DNA of 64,000 nucleotides from an uncultured cyanobacterium (GCA_963803805.1 CAWDOD010000006.1:224001-288000), one strand, 5' to 3'; positions 50,186-62,028 are shown, counted from the first letter of the stretch. A program made the numbers and translations. The notes: generated by a model from the letters alone, not told the origin.

Positions 50186-53099
50186 TTAAGAGCTAATACA
50201 TCTACCAACTATTTGAGAAGCAGCTTCCTTATCTACAGCTTTAGCAAAAAGATAGCCTTGGCCAAAATTGCAGCTTAACTGTTGTAATTTCTCTTTTTGA
50301 GCATTAGTTTCTATTCCTTCAGCAACTACATCCATTCCCAAGCTATGGGCTAATGTAACAATTGTTTGAACAATAGCTGTATGACTACTATCTAAAGTTA
50401 AACGGCTTACAAAAGAACGATTTATTTTTAAGGTATCAATGGGGAATTCATGGAGGCGGCTGAGAGAAGAGTAACCCGTACCAAAATCATCAATACAAAT
50501 TTTTATACCTAATTTTTTTAGCTTTTTAATCATAGAAGCAGCAAATGAGATAGTTTCTAAAAAACAACTCTCTGTAATTTCTAGTTTAATAAAAGAACTA
50601 TTAGCTCCAGTTTCTTGCAAAATACTAGCCATTTGCTCTACGAAGTCGGTTTGCTTCAATTGTACTCCCGAAATATTAACATTAATTGTCAAAGGAAAAG
50701 CTGAGCTAAATTCATTTTGCCACTCTACTAATTGCCTACAGGCTTCTCTAAATATCCATAAACCTAAAGGATTAATTAAACCAGTTTCTTCAGCAACAGG
50801 AATAATTTCATGGGGAGAAATCCAACTCCCAGATGGATGCTGCCAGCGTAGCAAAGATTCAAAACTATGAAGATTGCCATCAGCAAGAGAAATAATAGGT
50901 TGATAATAAAGATGGAATTCTTCTCTGCGTAAGGCATAACGTAAATCGTTTTCCAACTTTAACCGAGCCATTGCTCCAGTTTTCATGGCTGGCTTAAATA
51001 CTGCATAACGGGGCTTTTCCTTGAGCCTTAGCATGATACATTGCTGTATCTACATCTCTGAGTAAATCTATTGCTTTTCCATAGCCAACATTACTGTAAG
51101 TAATGCCAATACTAGCAGTAGCAAATACTTCATGATCTTCTAAAAGAAAAGGATATCTAAGTTGTAATTCAATCTTTTTTGCAATAGGAATACTCTGCTC
51201 AACTCGCTCTTTTCCCTCTAGTAAGATAGCAAATTCATCTCCTCCTAAACGAGCAAGAATATCGTTGCATTGGAGACAATCTTGTAAACGAAAAACAACT
51301 CTTTTAATTAAGTCGTCTCCCACAAGATGGCCAAAGCTATCATTGACGAGTTTAAAGCGGTCTAAATCGATAAAAAGTACAGCATAGTCACAATCTTTCT
51401 TTTGGTAAGCTTGGTTCATAACTTTTTTTAAATGTTTAATAAACCAAGTACGGTTAGGTAATCCAGTTAAACTGTCATGAAAAGCTTGATGAACAAGTTT
51501 CTCTTCTGTGCGACGGCGAGAAGTAATATCTTCTAAAGTACCTTCGTAGTAAAGTAATTTTCCTGCTTTGTTACACACTGCACGGACATTTTCAGAAACC
51601 CAAATTTTTTTTCTATCTCTGTTGTAAGCTTGATATTCATAACCCGATATAGAGCCGTACGTTTTGATTAATTGAGACAGTTTATAACGCTGTTGAGGGT
51701 CTACGTAAATTTGCTCTCCTATATCAGTAACACTATTAATTAATTCATCAGCAGAATCATAACCTAAGATATTTGCTAAAGCTGGGTTTGCACTCAAATA
51801 TCGCCCTTCTGGTGTGCTTTGAAAAATTCCTTGAGTTATATTCTCAAAAATATTGCGATACTTAACTTCCGTTTCCCGCAGAACATTTTCTACTTTTTTG
51901 CGTTCTGTAATTTCTCTAGAAACAGCAATAATTTCTTGGATTTTACCTGTAGTATCTTGAACAACTTTTGATTTACTTTCTAACCAAACATAGTAACCAG
52001 CTTTGTGACGCATTCGGTAAGTAACTGTGTCTGTAACTAGGTTTTTGAGAATAGTTTTGTGAGAGCGCCTAATAGTTGGTATATCATCAGGATGAAACAA
52101 ATTATAAGTATAAAAATTAGTTAATTCTTCTGGTTCGTATCCCAGCAAAGTTCGGCAAGCAGGAGAAGCATAAATATAAGCACCATTGAGATGGTGACGA
52201 GAAATCATATCTGTAGCATTTTCTGCTAGAAGCCGATAGCGTTCTTCACTTTCTTGTAAGGCAATTTCTGTTTCCTTACGTTCAGTTATATTTCTAACAA
52301 TTGAGAGAACTTTATTTTGGGTAGCGAGGAAAATTCTCGCTTCAAAATATTTTATCTGCTTGCCAAACTGGAGTTGATATTCCAAAACTTGGGTTTTACC
52401 AAATTGAAATACTTGTTCAATTTTATTCATGATTGCTTGTGCTATCTCAACGGGAAAAACTTCAGAGATTTTTTTTCCCACAAGTTCCGTTGCTGAAATG
52501 ATAAAATCTTCTTCATGATTAGCGTGATAGTCTAAATAAGTTCCGTCTCTACTATTGAGGAAAATTAAATCAGGAAGGGTTTTAAAGATAGAAAAATTCC
52601 TGTTGTTATAATTCAGTAATAGAGATATTGCTTGATTGGGATTTGATAGCGGTTCTACTATAGCTTCTACCAAAATTCCTAAATCTCCAGAATCTAGTTC
52701 AATGTCAGAAGATAAATAATATAAAGTTACAGGTTGATCGAAGTTATCAAATCTATGTTGTGCGGCTACATAATCCCCTTGCCGGAATTTAGCTAAATAT
52801 CCCTGTAGGTTTATTTGAATAGTCTGGATATAACTGCTCCAATCAAGGTTAAGGAATTCTTCTAAGCTAGAAGTATGCCATAACTTTTGAGCCGCCTGAT
52901 TAGCCCAAAAGATTCTCATTTGAGAGGTATTAATAATCCAGATTGGTGTCTGAAGGATATCAAAAAATCTAAGCTCCACAGGAGGAAAATTAGAATTACC
53001 TATTTTGAGCATTAGGGGAAAGAGCGATCGCTCTTTTTTTAATAGTGAACGGTGATTGCTTGTAAAAAATATCCAGATCAGAAGAAAATTTTCATACAA
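50186..53099 (-). CDS. Multi-PAS GGDEF-EAL c-di-GMP enzyme, broken by a +1 frameshift at ~51011
   Basis: PAS domains, DSLTGLPNR, ARLGGDEF, AMYHAKAQGKA; second ORF RYAVF...ESLLRW, LEITES, DDFGTGYSSL and VAEGIE. Confidence 0.9.
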
Positions 53100-53253
53100 G
53101 CAAATTGATAGCTCTTCAATCAGTGCATTTACATATAACCTATGGTGAGACTAATATGGCAGTTTAGTGTGATTTCCATGATCTCATTAGTTACCAAGGG
53201 TGCTTTCCTATAGTCACTTTATACCTTTTTCTAGAAGCAAAAACACTCTTATT

Positions 53254-54536
53254 ATGATATATATCAATCGCTTTTGGACTGCTAGTTTACTTCTTGCCAG
53301 TCTGCTAAGTGGTGTCACAGGATGTAGCAGTTTACAAGTAAACCAAGAGTCTCCTGATGAAAATGTAGTAAATGCAACAAATGCTAGTTCTGCTGTAAAA
53401 CCAAGTCCTCTACCAGAACCAGAAATCCCTATCGTTGCTGTCAGTCTAGGGGAAGAATCGAACCAAAGCGATGTTAATGCTTCTTTAACAGCAGTTCCCT
53501 TAGATAAAGACCAAGCTACTGAATTTCTGGATATTCGAGGAGTTGGCGATGCGGCTATGGCTAATACTCACCAACAGCCTTTACCAGCTACTTTTGGTCA
53601 AAAACTTGATGCTTTTGACCCGACAGGTAAATCTTATCGCGGGGATTCTCTCTTTTATCAATTGGGAAACTACGGTAGGAACCCGTTGCAATCAATTTTG
53701 GTCTGCTTTAGGCCCAAGTTCTTTTGCTTTTATGTCCCATCCCGATAATATAGTGGATATGTATCAACGGGGTTTTAATCTCATTGGTTTAGCTAACAAC
53801 CATGCTAGGGATTGTCCTAATGCCGAAGATGGGGAAAACGGTGCAAAAGTTTCGGCTGACCATCTAGAATCTTTAAGCCAAGGGACTGCTGCGGAATGGC
53901 TTTGGCATGGTGTGGGAACTCAAAAGGAAGCCCAAGTTAAAACTTTAAATATTAAAGGTCGCCCAGTCAGAGTTGCCTTTGCAAGTATCTATTTAGCTGA
54001 TGGAGACTGTACCTACGTTACTTGTAGGGCTGATAAGAAGACTGTACTACGTTCCCTGCGAGATGCCGATGCAGATATTCGTATCCTCTCTATTCATAGT
54101 TGGACAGCCCAAACTCAACAGGAATTAGTTAATACTGGAGTGGAGTTTATTCAATACTACGATGGCGATGTTGTTTTTGGCCATTGGTCCTCACGTTTGG
54201 AAGCCTGTACGTATTGTCGAATCTTCCCGTGGCAAAAAAGGAGTATTGTTTGAAAGTTTAGGTAATTTTATTCACCCTGCCCTTTTACCTAAAGCAGAAA
54301 ATATAATTGGCAGGGCTTTATTTGATTTAGATACTTTTAAATTAGCCCAGGTACAAGTTATTTCCATTGCCGTTAATCGAGTTAATGTTAGTTTTGCTAA
54401 TGCTCCTAATCCTACAGCTTTACCTGCTAACTTAACTTGGCAACTTATTAGCGATCCTAACTGGCAAAGTGGTGTTAATTCTGGGGTTAAGGGGGCTTAT
54501 TCTAACATTACGAAGGGAGCAGGGAGCAGGGAGTAG
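53254..54536 (+). CDS. CapA-family metallophosphoesterase lipoprotein, broken by two +1 frameshifts (~53646 and ~54184)
   Basis: Lipobox VTG|C; motifs VGD, INWET, LANNH, SIH, GHGPH (restored) and SLGNF spread over three successive frames. Confidence 0.8.
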
Positions 54537-54714
54537 GGAGTAGGAGGAGTGAGAACTTTTTTCTCAGTTTTATAGAGGCATTTTGTGAGGTTGATTCAGT
54601 ATAATATCAACGTCTGTAATATTAACACTCCCCGCTTTAAAAAGACGGGGTTTTCAATATTAACCCTTATTATTTTCAATAAATTGCAACTATTCAAGGG
54701 GATTTTAGAGCGAG

Positions 54715-55329
54715 ATGGTACAGATACCTGTTAGACCGGAAACTGAAACCCTAGTGATTGAGTTACCTGAAACTATTAGGCTATATGTAACTCCAGAACA
54801 GTTTGTTGCTTTAACAGCAGTAAACCGAGATTTGAGAATGGAAAGAACGGCACAAGGAGAGTTGATTGTGAATCTACCAACAGGCTGGCAAACTGGAAAG
54901 CGTAATTGCAGCCTTTCTGGAGAATTATATTTGTGGTGGCGCAATGCAGGGGAACCTGGTGAGGTTTTCGACTCTTCCACTGGCTTCATTTTACCCAACG
55001 GGGCAACTCGCGCCCCTGATGCCTCTTGGGTTAGCCCAGAACGTTGGCAGGCACTTACCCCAGAGCAAAAAGGAACTTTCGCCCTTGTTTGCCCCGATTT
55101 TGTGGTTGAGTTACGCTCTAGTTCAGATAGCCTTAAGTCTGTGCAAGATAAAATGAGGGAGTATATCGATAATGGGGCAAGGTTAGGCTGGCTGTTAGAT
55201 CCGCAACATCGGCAAGTGGAAATTTATCGACCAGGGTTGGCAATAGAAGTGCTGGAGAATCCCCCTGAGTTATCTGGTGAAGATGTGTTGCCTGGTTTTC
55301 TATTAAGTTTACTTCGGGTATGGGGTTGA
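54715..55329 (+). CDS. Uma2-family endonuclease-like protein
   Basis: ERTAQGELIV, FDSSTGF.LPNGA.RAPDASW, CPDFVVELRS and KMREYIDNGARLGWL. Confidence 0.93.
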   Translation: MVQIPVRPETETLVIELPETIRLYVTPEQFVALTAVNRDLRMERTAQGELIVNLPTGWQTGKRNCSLSGELYLWWRNAGEPGEVFDSSTGFILPNGATRAPDASWVSPERWQALTPEQKGTFALVCPDFVVELRSSSDSLKSVQDKMREYIDNGARLGWLLDPQHRQVEIYRPGLAIEVLENPPELSGEDVLPGFLLSLLRVWG

Positions 55330-55393
55330 GCGAAATTAGCTTGTTGCACACCCTGTATTTAAGAACACTTAATCTTAGAGGTCATTAAGCCTA

Positions 55394-55768
55394 ATGAAGA
55401 ATAAAAAGAGTGTTAAAGAGGGGCTGAAAGCCTTTGAAAGTAAAGATTACCAGAATGCTTACAAGCTATTAAAACCAATGGCAGAAGCTGGAAATTCTGA
55501 AGCACAATGTATTCTTGCTAATATGTATCATTTAGGAATGGGTCGAGATAAAGATACTTTCCAGGCAATTTACTGGTATAAAAGAGCTTCTGAAAACGGT
55601 TATGGAGTAGCCTCAAACAATTTAGGAGGAATTTTCCTAACGGGTGATAATGAAGTTGAAGCAGAGCCTTCAGAAGCAAAGAAATGGTACTCTTTAGCTA
55701 GGAAGCAGGGTTTCCCCAACACACCTACTCTAGAAAATTTATCTTCCCTTACTGAGGGGATAGAGTAG
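55394..55768 (+). CDS. Sel1-repeat protein
   Basis: AEAGNSEAQCILANMYHLG, AIYWYKRASENG and ASNNLG. Confidence 0.88.
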   Translation: MKNKKSVKEGLKAFESKDYQNAYKLLKPMAEAGNSEAQCILANMYHLGMGRDKDTFQAIYWYKRASENGYGVASNNLGGIFLTGDNEVEAEPSEAKKWYSLARKQGFPNTPTLENLSSLTEGIE

Positions 55769-55838
55769 CTAAAGAATTTTAATTTTGGGCTAGAAGAAAT
55801 TTTGTTAATGGAGAAGTAGTTGATGCTTTAAAGGTTAT

Positions 55839-57011
55839 TCACTTAATTTTCTTCTTCTTGCCAAATTCAAGTATTTCTTTAGCCGCGCGATCGCAAACTC
55901 CTAATTCTCCTAAATCTTGGTGCAACTGCTGATAGTCAGCGATAGTTTTTTCTCGCCTTTTAGGATTAAATAATAAATCCATTGATTCTTGCACAATTCT
56001 TTCGGGATTCGCTTCTTCTTGAAACAATTCTGGTACAACAGACTGCATAGACACTAAGTTAGCAGGAGAAACAAAAGGTACATCAAACTTAAATACTTTC
56101 CTGGCAATCCACATAGTCAAAGGATTAAGTTTGTAAATAACCACTTGAGGAACATTCAGCAAGGCTAATTCCAGGTTAACCGTGCCACACTTAGTAATAG
56201 CTAAATCCGCAGCCGCGAGTGCCTCTAAAGTCTTATTTTCGACAATAGTTGCTGATAAATTATACTCTGCGATCGCCTCGGCAATAGGTTCGCGGAAACT
56301 TTCAACCGAAAGAGGAATTAAAAATTCTACCTCCGTTAACTTTTCTTGAAGTTGTTGTGCCGCAGCAAAAATTGCTGGAAGCAGATAGGTTAGTTCTTGT
56401 TTACGGGAGGCGGGTAAAAGAGTGATAATGTTTTTTTGCTCTTCAATTCCTAATAACCTACGGGCATTTTCTCGATTAGGTGCTTTGGCCATCCGATCTA
56501 ATAAAGGATGTCCTACCCAACTAACTGATAGTCCTTGCTTCGCGAAATAATCAGCTTCCCCTGGAAAAATAGCCAGCAATCGGTCTGTTATCTCCAAAAT
56601 TTTGCGACTCTGCCGACTTAAGGGCGACCAGACCCACATTTGTGGTGCAATATAGTAAATTATGGGAACTTGGGGCCAGTGGCGACGAACATAAGAACCG
56701 ATACTTAAATTGGGGTCGAGGTAATCAATTAAGATCAACAAGTCGGGAGGATTTTGCCGCACATATTTTTTGATGAGATCCTGCATCCGCCAAGTTGCCA
56801 AAATAAAAGGTAATCCCTCCAAAATACCCAAAGAACTAATTTGGGTTGTATCGCCAATGAGGTTGCAACCTGCTTCCGCCATACGTCTCCCCCCTGTACC
56901 AGCAATTTCTAGTTCAATACCCAACAATTCCCCTTGAAGTTTCAGGGCTTCTACTAACAAAGCCCCTTGCAAGTCACCAGAAACTTCACCAGTACTAATA
57001 AAAATACGCAT
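55839..57011 (-). CDS. lpxB: Lipid-A-disaccharide synthase
   Basis: STGEVSGDL, YYIAPQ.WVW, VGHPL, LLPASR and GTVNLE. Confidence 0.95.
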   Translation of the reverse strand: MRIFISTGEVSGDLQGALLVEALKLQGELLGIELEIAGTGGRRMAEAGCNLIGDTTQISSLGILEGLPFILATWRMQDLIKKYVRQNPPDLLILIDYLDPNLSIGSYVRRHWPQVPIIYYIAPQMWVWSPLSRQSRKILEITDRLLAIFPGEADYFAKQGLSVSWVGHPLLDRMAKAPNRENARRLLGIEEQKNIITLLPASRKQELTYLLPAIFAAAQQLQEKLTEVEFLIPLSVESFREPIAEAIAEYNLSATIVENKTLEALAAADLAITKCGTVNLELALLNVPQVVIYKLNPLTMWIARKVFKFDVPFVSPANLVSMQSVVPELFQEEANPERIVQESMDLLFNPKRREKTIADYQQLHQDLGELGVCDRAAKEILEFGKKKKIK

Positions 57012-57087
57012 ATTATCAGTTATTAATGATTAATGATGTTTACAACAACGGCAATGCCGTACAGTTATCAGTTATTCAGTTTCAGTT

Positions 57088-57147
57088 ATAGAGGCGACCT
57101 ATATTTATAGTATTGCTCAATAAACTAAGACTTAAATTAGGTCGCCT
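57088..57147 (+). repeat. ~56-bp inverted-repeat element, copy A
   Basis: ATAG + AGGCGACCTA (57092-57101) ... TAGGTCGCCT (57138-57147). Confidence 0.8.
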
Positions 57148-57155
57148 TGCTAATC

Positions 57156-57977
57156 TTATTGCTTACTGGGAATCAAACCTCTTCTTTCTGGAGATATGGA
57201 TAATTGTATAAAACGCCGTAGGTGTTGGATATATTCGTTATCAGGGAGCAAATCTAACTGTTCTAGGGCTTTATTAATTGGCTGCCCGGAACGATAAATA
57301 GTTCGGAAAGCTTTTTTGAGGCAACTAAATTCCTCTGGGGTTAAACCAGCACGTTTCAAACCAATGGAGTTAAGAGAACGGACTCTAGCAGGATTGCCTT
57401 CTGTAGTCATATAAGGAGGTACATCTCTATCGATGCGACTCATGCCTCCTACCATTGCGAGGCGACCAATATGGACAAATTGATGAACCCCTAACACCCC
57501 ACCAATTATAGCTCTTGATTCGATTTGGACGTGACCAGCTAAAGCAACATTATTGGCGATAATAACATTATTTCCTAACACACAATTATGGGCTACATGA
57601 ACATAGGCCATTAACAGATTATTATTACCAATTTGAGTAAATTCACCTTCTCCTGTGGCACGGTTAATGGTCACATATTCGCGAATTTTGTTTTTGTTGC
57701 CAATTTTAACCCAACTTTTTGCCCCCTGATACTTCAAATCTTGGGGTTCTAAACCAATGGCAGCCCCAGGAAAAATTTCATTATCTTCGCCAATTTCAGT
57801 GGGGCCTTCAAGAATAACATGGGGTCCAACTTTAGTATTAGCGCCAATTTTCACACCCTCGCCAATAATTGCATAAGGACCTACTTCAACTGTAGGATGC
57901 AATTGGGCTTGAGGATTAATGACAGCAGTGGGATGAATCAATGTCTTCAAGTCGCGATGATTATAAAGCAAGGGCAT
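57156..57977 (-). CDS. lpxA: UDP-N-acetylglucosamine acyltransferase
   Basis: IHPTAVI, hexapeptide repeats, PQDLKY, IREYVTI and HVAHNC. Confidence 0.96.
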   Translation of the reverse strand: MPLLYNHRDLKTLIHPTAVINPQAQLHPTVEVGPYAIIGEGVKIGANTKVGPHVILEGPTEIGEDNEIFPGAAIGLEPQDLKYQGAKSWVKIGNKNKIREYVTINRATGEGEFTQIGNNNLLMAYVHVAHNCVLGNNVIIANNVALAGHVQIESRAIIGGVLGVHQFVHIGRLAMVGGMSRIDRDVPPYMTTEGNPARVRSLNSIGLKRAGLTPEEFSCLKKAFRTIYRSGQPINKALEQLDLLPDNEYIQHLRRFIQLSISPERRGLIPSKQ

Positions 57978-58111
57978 AGAGGATTTTGGTAAGCAAAATT
58001 GACCCAGGTGAGGGTCGCTAAATACTTCTTATTTATAAAAGAAAGAAGTTAACAAAAAAAGCTTGATTTGATACTTTGCTTGCGCTCTTATTCAGCAATA
58101 CTAAATTATTT

Positions 58112-58630
58112 TTAGTTTAGCAAGGAAAACATCAATTCTCCTTCTGCAACTAAATTACCATCTACTAGGGCGCGTCCCCGCATCTTACCAATACGACGCA
58201 ATTTAAAAGATAGTAGTTCCACCGTCATAATTAGTTGATCTCCAGGAATAACTGGGCGACGGAAGCGAACTTTATCAATACCAGCAAAGGCAAAAAAGCC
58301 TCCTGCCATATCAGGCAATTGAATCAAAACAATGCCTCCTACTTGGGCCATTGCTTCAACAATTAGTACCCCAGGCATTAAAGGACGTTCGGGAATATGT
58401 CCAGGGAAAAAAGGCTCGTTAATGGTAACATTTTTAATCCCTACAGCTTTTTCTCCGGGTACATAATCAATAATTCTATCTACTAAAGCAAAAGGATAAC
58501 GGTGAGGTAATAATTGGCGAATTTCTTCAACGTTAAAAGTTGTTTTTATAACTTGTTTTTGCTTATCCTCGCAGGATTTCTCACTATGGGATTTAGTATC
58601 TGATTGGTTAACATCAGCAATTGCGGACAT
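58112..58630 (-). CDS. fabZ: 3-hydroxyacyl-ACP dehydratase
   Basis: [20 protein letters not shown] and [11 protein letters not shown]. Confidence 0.96.
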   Translation of the reverse strand: MSAIADVNQSDTKSHSEKSCEDKQKQVIKTTFNVEEIRQLLPHRYPFALVDRIIDYVPGEKAVGIKNVTINEPFFPGHIPERPLMPGVLIVEAMAQVGGIVLIQLPDMAGGFFAFAGIDKVRFRRPVIPGDQLIMTVELLSFKLRRIGKMRGRALVDGNLVAEGELMFSLLN

Positions 58631-58657
58631 AGGTTTATTTTTCAAGATTGTGGTAGT

Positions 58658-59512
58658 TTATAACGGTCGTAACTGGAGGGTGAAAAGCTCTCTAGCCAAC
58701 TGAATATGGAGTTTGTGGCTAGCTTTATAAGCTAGGAAGTGGGCTTGGGGAAAAGTTCCCAACAAACTTAAATCTCCTACTAAGTCTAAAAGTTTATGAC
58801 GAGCTGGTTCATTTGCAAATCTTAAGGGAGGATTCAGCCAACCATCTTCAGCACAAACTAGGGCATTATCTAAATTACCACCTTTAATTAAGCCCATTTG
58901 CCGTAATTGCTCAACTTGGTGTGCCAAACCAAAAGTTCTGGCAGGAGCGATCGCCGCTGCAAATTTATCTGAAGCAGGATTCCAACTATGCCACTGGTTG
59001 CCAATGGCAGAGAGGGGAAAGTCAATACCGTAGGTAAAGCGGGTTTCTGGAGAGGGCAGGGCTGCTACGAAAGCGTCTCCTTCTCTAACCCAAATAGAGG
59101 AAGAAAGAATAGAAAGATGGGGAGATGGTGAGATGGGGGTTAGTCCAGCTTTTTCAATGGCCTCAACCCAAATCTTGGCTGAGCCGTCCATAAGAGGCAC
59201 TTCAGGACCGTTAATTTCAATACGAGCGTTTTCTACTCCACTAGCAGCTAAGGCGGCTAGGAGATGTTCTACCGTCCTTACAGCAGCATTTCCTTTTCTT
59301 AGTTCTGTGGATAGGGTAGTTTCGCCCACAGCCTCAATTTGGGCAGGGATGATCGGCTGTCCTGGTAAATCTACTCGTACGAAATAACGCCCTTCCCCAG
59401 GTTTAGCTGGTAAAACTGTTACTTGGCTTTCAATGCCAGAATGGAGTCCCACTCCTGAAAGGGTAAAAGTAGAATGTAAACTACCTTTTTCTGCTAGTGC
59501 TGAGTTATCCAC
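58658..59512 (-). CDS. lpxC: UDP-3-O-acyl-GlcNAc deacetylase
   Basis: [27 protein letters not shown] and [11 protein letters not shown]. Confidence 0.96.
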   Translation of the reverse strand: MDNSALAEKGSLHSTFTLSGVGLHSGIESQVTVLPAKPGEGRYFVRVDLPGQPIIPAQIEAVGETTLSTELRKGNAAVRTVEHLLAALAASGVENARIEINGPEVPLMDGSAKIWVEAIEKAGLTPISPSPHLSILSSSIWVREGDAFVAALPSPETRFTYGIDFPLSAIGNQWHSWNPASDKFAAAIAPARTFGLAHQVEQLRQMGLIKGGNLDNALVCAEDGWLNPPLRFANEPARHKLLDLVGDLSLLGTFPQAHFLAYKASHKLHIQLARELFTLQLRPL

Positions 59513-59605
59513 AATTTTTCTACTGCTTTGCAGTTAAATTTAAGTCAAAATTCCTTGGTGTAAGCCTTCTCGTGTTTAGTAAGCCAAGAAGTCCCTGATT
59601 AAGGT

Positions 59606-59665
59606 GGGCGACCCAACGAAGCATCTAAATTAGTTCTTTATATTATGCAAATAGGTCGCCCCTAC
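59606..59665 (-). repeat. ~56-bp inverted-repeat element, copy B (GTAG-headed)
   Basis: GGGCGACC (59606-59613) ... GGTCGCCC (59654-59661) CTAC, reading GTAGGGGCGACC on the minus strand. Confidence 0.8.
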
Positions 59666-59675
59666 TAATTTTTGT

Positions 59676-61961
59676 TTAAAACCTTTCTCCAATACCAAAG
59701 TGGATACGACTATCCCCTTGGTCATTGAGGCCGTAATTAATCCTAATTGGTCCTAGGGGAGATTGAATGCGAACCCCAAGACCATAACCAATGCCGCTAC
59801 CTGGCTTGTCCCTTACTCCGGCGGGGTTGCCTGGGACATTATCCCCTGTACCTAAGTCACTAGCCACATCAACAAATAGCGCGCCACCGATGACAGAAAA
59901 AACTGGGAAACGATATTCAGCAGTGGCTTGAATATAACTGCGACCACTACCCACATCCCCAGCTTCATAACCTCGAACAGAATCTGTACCCCCCATAGCA
60001 AAGGCTTCATAGGGTGGTAAGTCCCCCAGGATTGTACCCCCTTGAATATTAAAGGCGAGAGCTTCGGCTCCTTCACTAAAATTGGTGTAATCTACAGGGA
60101 TATAGTAGCTGTAGCTAGCCCTGACGCGGTTAAAGAGAATGCTTCCTTCACCAATAGGTACAGTTTGATCCATACCTAAACGGAGTAAGGAACCTTGAGT
60201 GGGTTGTAAAGGATTATTTCTTAAGTCCCGCACAGCACCAAAACGGAAGCTAATTAAGTCGTCTTTGCCTGAACCGCTAAAACTCAGGTTGTTACCTAAA
60301 GCATCTGTGGCGGTTGTTTCCCCATCAGCATCGCGAATATTAACCTTCTGGTATTGGAATCCGGCAGAAAGTTGCCAATCTGATTTCCGAAAAGGATTGG
60401 GTTCTAAAGGACGAGAGAAGGTGATGCCACCACCTGTACGCAAAACTCTGGGAGTGTCGCCATTAGCTAAATCCACTTCAGTTTCTCCCCCATCAAAAAT
60501 TAGGGAAATCGATCTGCGTCGGAAAGCGTTGACGGTGTAGGAAGTTCGATAGGGGTCAGTGGCGATCCAAGGATCTGTAAAGCGCAGATCGAAGAGAAAC
60601 TCCCTTGTACCTAATTGTAGTTCTGCACCAAGGGTTTGGTTGTTTCCCCCTAGGTTCTGTTGCTGATAACTTACAGTACCAAACAAACCACTAGCAGAAC
60701 TAAGACCAGCACCCGCAGCGATAGAACCTGTGCTTCTTTCTACAACATCTACGTTTAATACAACTTTACTGGGGTCTTCTCCGGGTTGTGGGGTGAAGCG
60801 GGGGTTATCAAATAAGCCTAAACCAAAGACTCTTTGTAAGTCTCGTAAGGCTGTTTCCCTATTAAACACATCTCCAGCTTTGAGTTCGACTTCTCGCGTC
60901 ACAATGAAGTCGCGGGTACGCCCGTCAACTTCTTCTCCTTCTTCATTAAAAAATCTAACTTGGACATCTTCAATGACACCTTCTGCTACTCTCAAAGTCA
61001 GTAAGCCATCGCTACCAATATCAGAAGTGCCAATTACTTGGGCAAGTTCATAACCCTCATTTCTATACCATTCGTTAAGGTCTTCAATATTTTCCTGTAA
61101 TTCCCTTAGATTGAGAATAGAACCATACTGTTCACTAAAAATGTCATCAACTACATCTTGAGTCAAAACTTGAGTTTGAGCATCTTCAGGAAGGGTTTGG
61201 ATGGCGATATTATTTAATACAGGGTTAGGTTCAACGTTGAAAACAATTCTCACCCCTAAAGGTGTATCTTCCGGAACTACAGTAGCATTGGCAAAATAAC
61301 CAGTAGCATAAACAGCATTGAGGTCTTCTTGAAGTTTGGAACGGGTTGTAGTTCTACCGGGTTTGGTAGTGATATTATCGTAAACTAGATTTTCGAGGGG
61401 AACTCGTTCACCACTGTCATCAGTGACAGTTATGCCTTCTGCACCGACAACCAGTACTTCTCCGACTAAAACTCGCGCTTCTTCAACTTCAGTAGTATTG
61501 TCTTGATTGTCCTCAGTTTCCGTTGCATCTTCTTGGGCAAACAAAGGTAGATCAATTTGCCCGGATTTTTCCCCTACAGATAAGTTACTGAGTAAAATTT
61601 CTGGGTTGATTAAATTTTGTTCTGCTTGTGTTCCCGTAGCAGAAAATTCTGGCTTATCTACAGTTTCTACTACCAAGTTATCAGGACTTACTAATATCTC
61701 TGGGGTTGGCGAAACTGCTTGCGATTTAGTTTCTGCTTCCTCAATCTCGCTATTAGCAATTTCTACCACCAAGTTATCAGGACTTACTAATATCTCTGGA
61801 TTTGGTGAAACTAATTGTGATTCAGTTTCTGTTTCTAATACTGTTGTTTCCTCAACCTGACTTTTAGCAGGTTCTAAAAGACCAAGAATAGCTGAGGCTG
61901 CGAGAAAGGTTGTTAAAAGGGATAAACGCATACAATTAAAAGCTTTTTTTTGCACTGCCAC
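59676..61961 (-). CDS. bamA: BamA/Omp85 outer-membrane assembly protein
   Basis: POTRA domains, GGTDSVRGY, SPLGPIRINYG and terminal FGIGERF; lies upstream of lpxC. Confidence 0.92.
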   Translation of the reverse strand: MAVQKKAFNCMRLSLLTTFLAASAILGLLEPAKSQVEETTVLETETESQLVSPNPEILVSPDNLVVEIANSEIEEAETKSQAVSPTPEILVSPDNLVVETVDKPEFSATGTQAEQNLINPEILLSNLSVGEKSGQIDLPLFAQEDATETEDNQDNTTEVEEARVLVGEVLVVGAEGITVTDDSGERVPLENLVYDNITTKPGRTTTRSKLQEDLNAVYATGYFANATVVPEDTPLGVRIVFNVEPNPVLNNIAIQTLPEDAQTQVLTQDVVDDIFSEQYGSILNLRELQENIEDLNEWYRNEGYELAQVIGTSDIGSDGLLTLRVAEGVIEDVQVRFFNEEGEEVDGRTRDFIVTREVELKAGDVFNRETALRDLQRVFGLGLFDNPRFTPQPGEDPSKVVLNVDVVERSTGSIAAGAGLSSASGLFGTVSYQQQNLGGNNQTLGAELQLGTREFLFDLRFTDPWIATDPYRTSYTVNAFRRRSISLIFDGGETEVDLANGDTPRVLRTGGGITFSRPLEPNPFRKSDWQLSAGFQYQKVNIRDADGETTATDALGNNLSFSGSGKDDLISFRFGAVRDLRNNPLQPTQGSLLRLGMDQTVPIGEGSILFNRVRASYSYYIPVDYTNFSEGAEALAFNIQGGTILGDLPPYEAFAMGGTDSVRGYEAGDVGSGRSYIQATAEYRFPVFSVIGGALFVDVASDLGTGDNVPGNPAGVRDKPGSGIGYGLGVRIQSPLGPIRINYGLNDQGDSRIHFGIGERF

Positions 61962-62028
61962 ACACCGAATAAAACTAATTGGATTTTAAGTATTAAGGGT
62001 AAATTGTTTGGGATCGGTTGTCATTCTG

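Noticed and set aside
51001-51034. Programmed frameshift producing separate GGDEF and GGDEF-EAL products
   Set aside because: One extra base in a G run with no slippery heptamer or stimulatory structure seen; fits the window-wide indel pattern better.
59606-59661. Integron attC or dif site interpretation of the 56-bp elements
   Set aside because: No RYYYAAC/GTTRRRY cores, no integrase, flanking genes are housekeeping, and the similarity to an XerD arm is weak.
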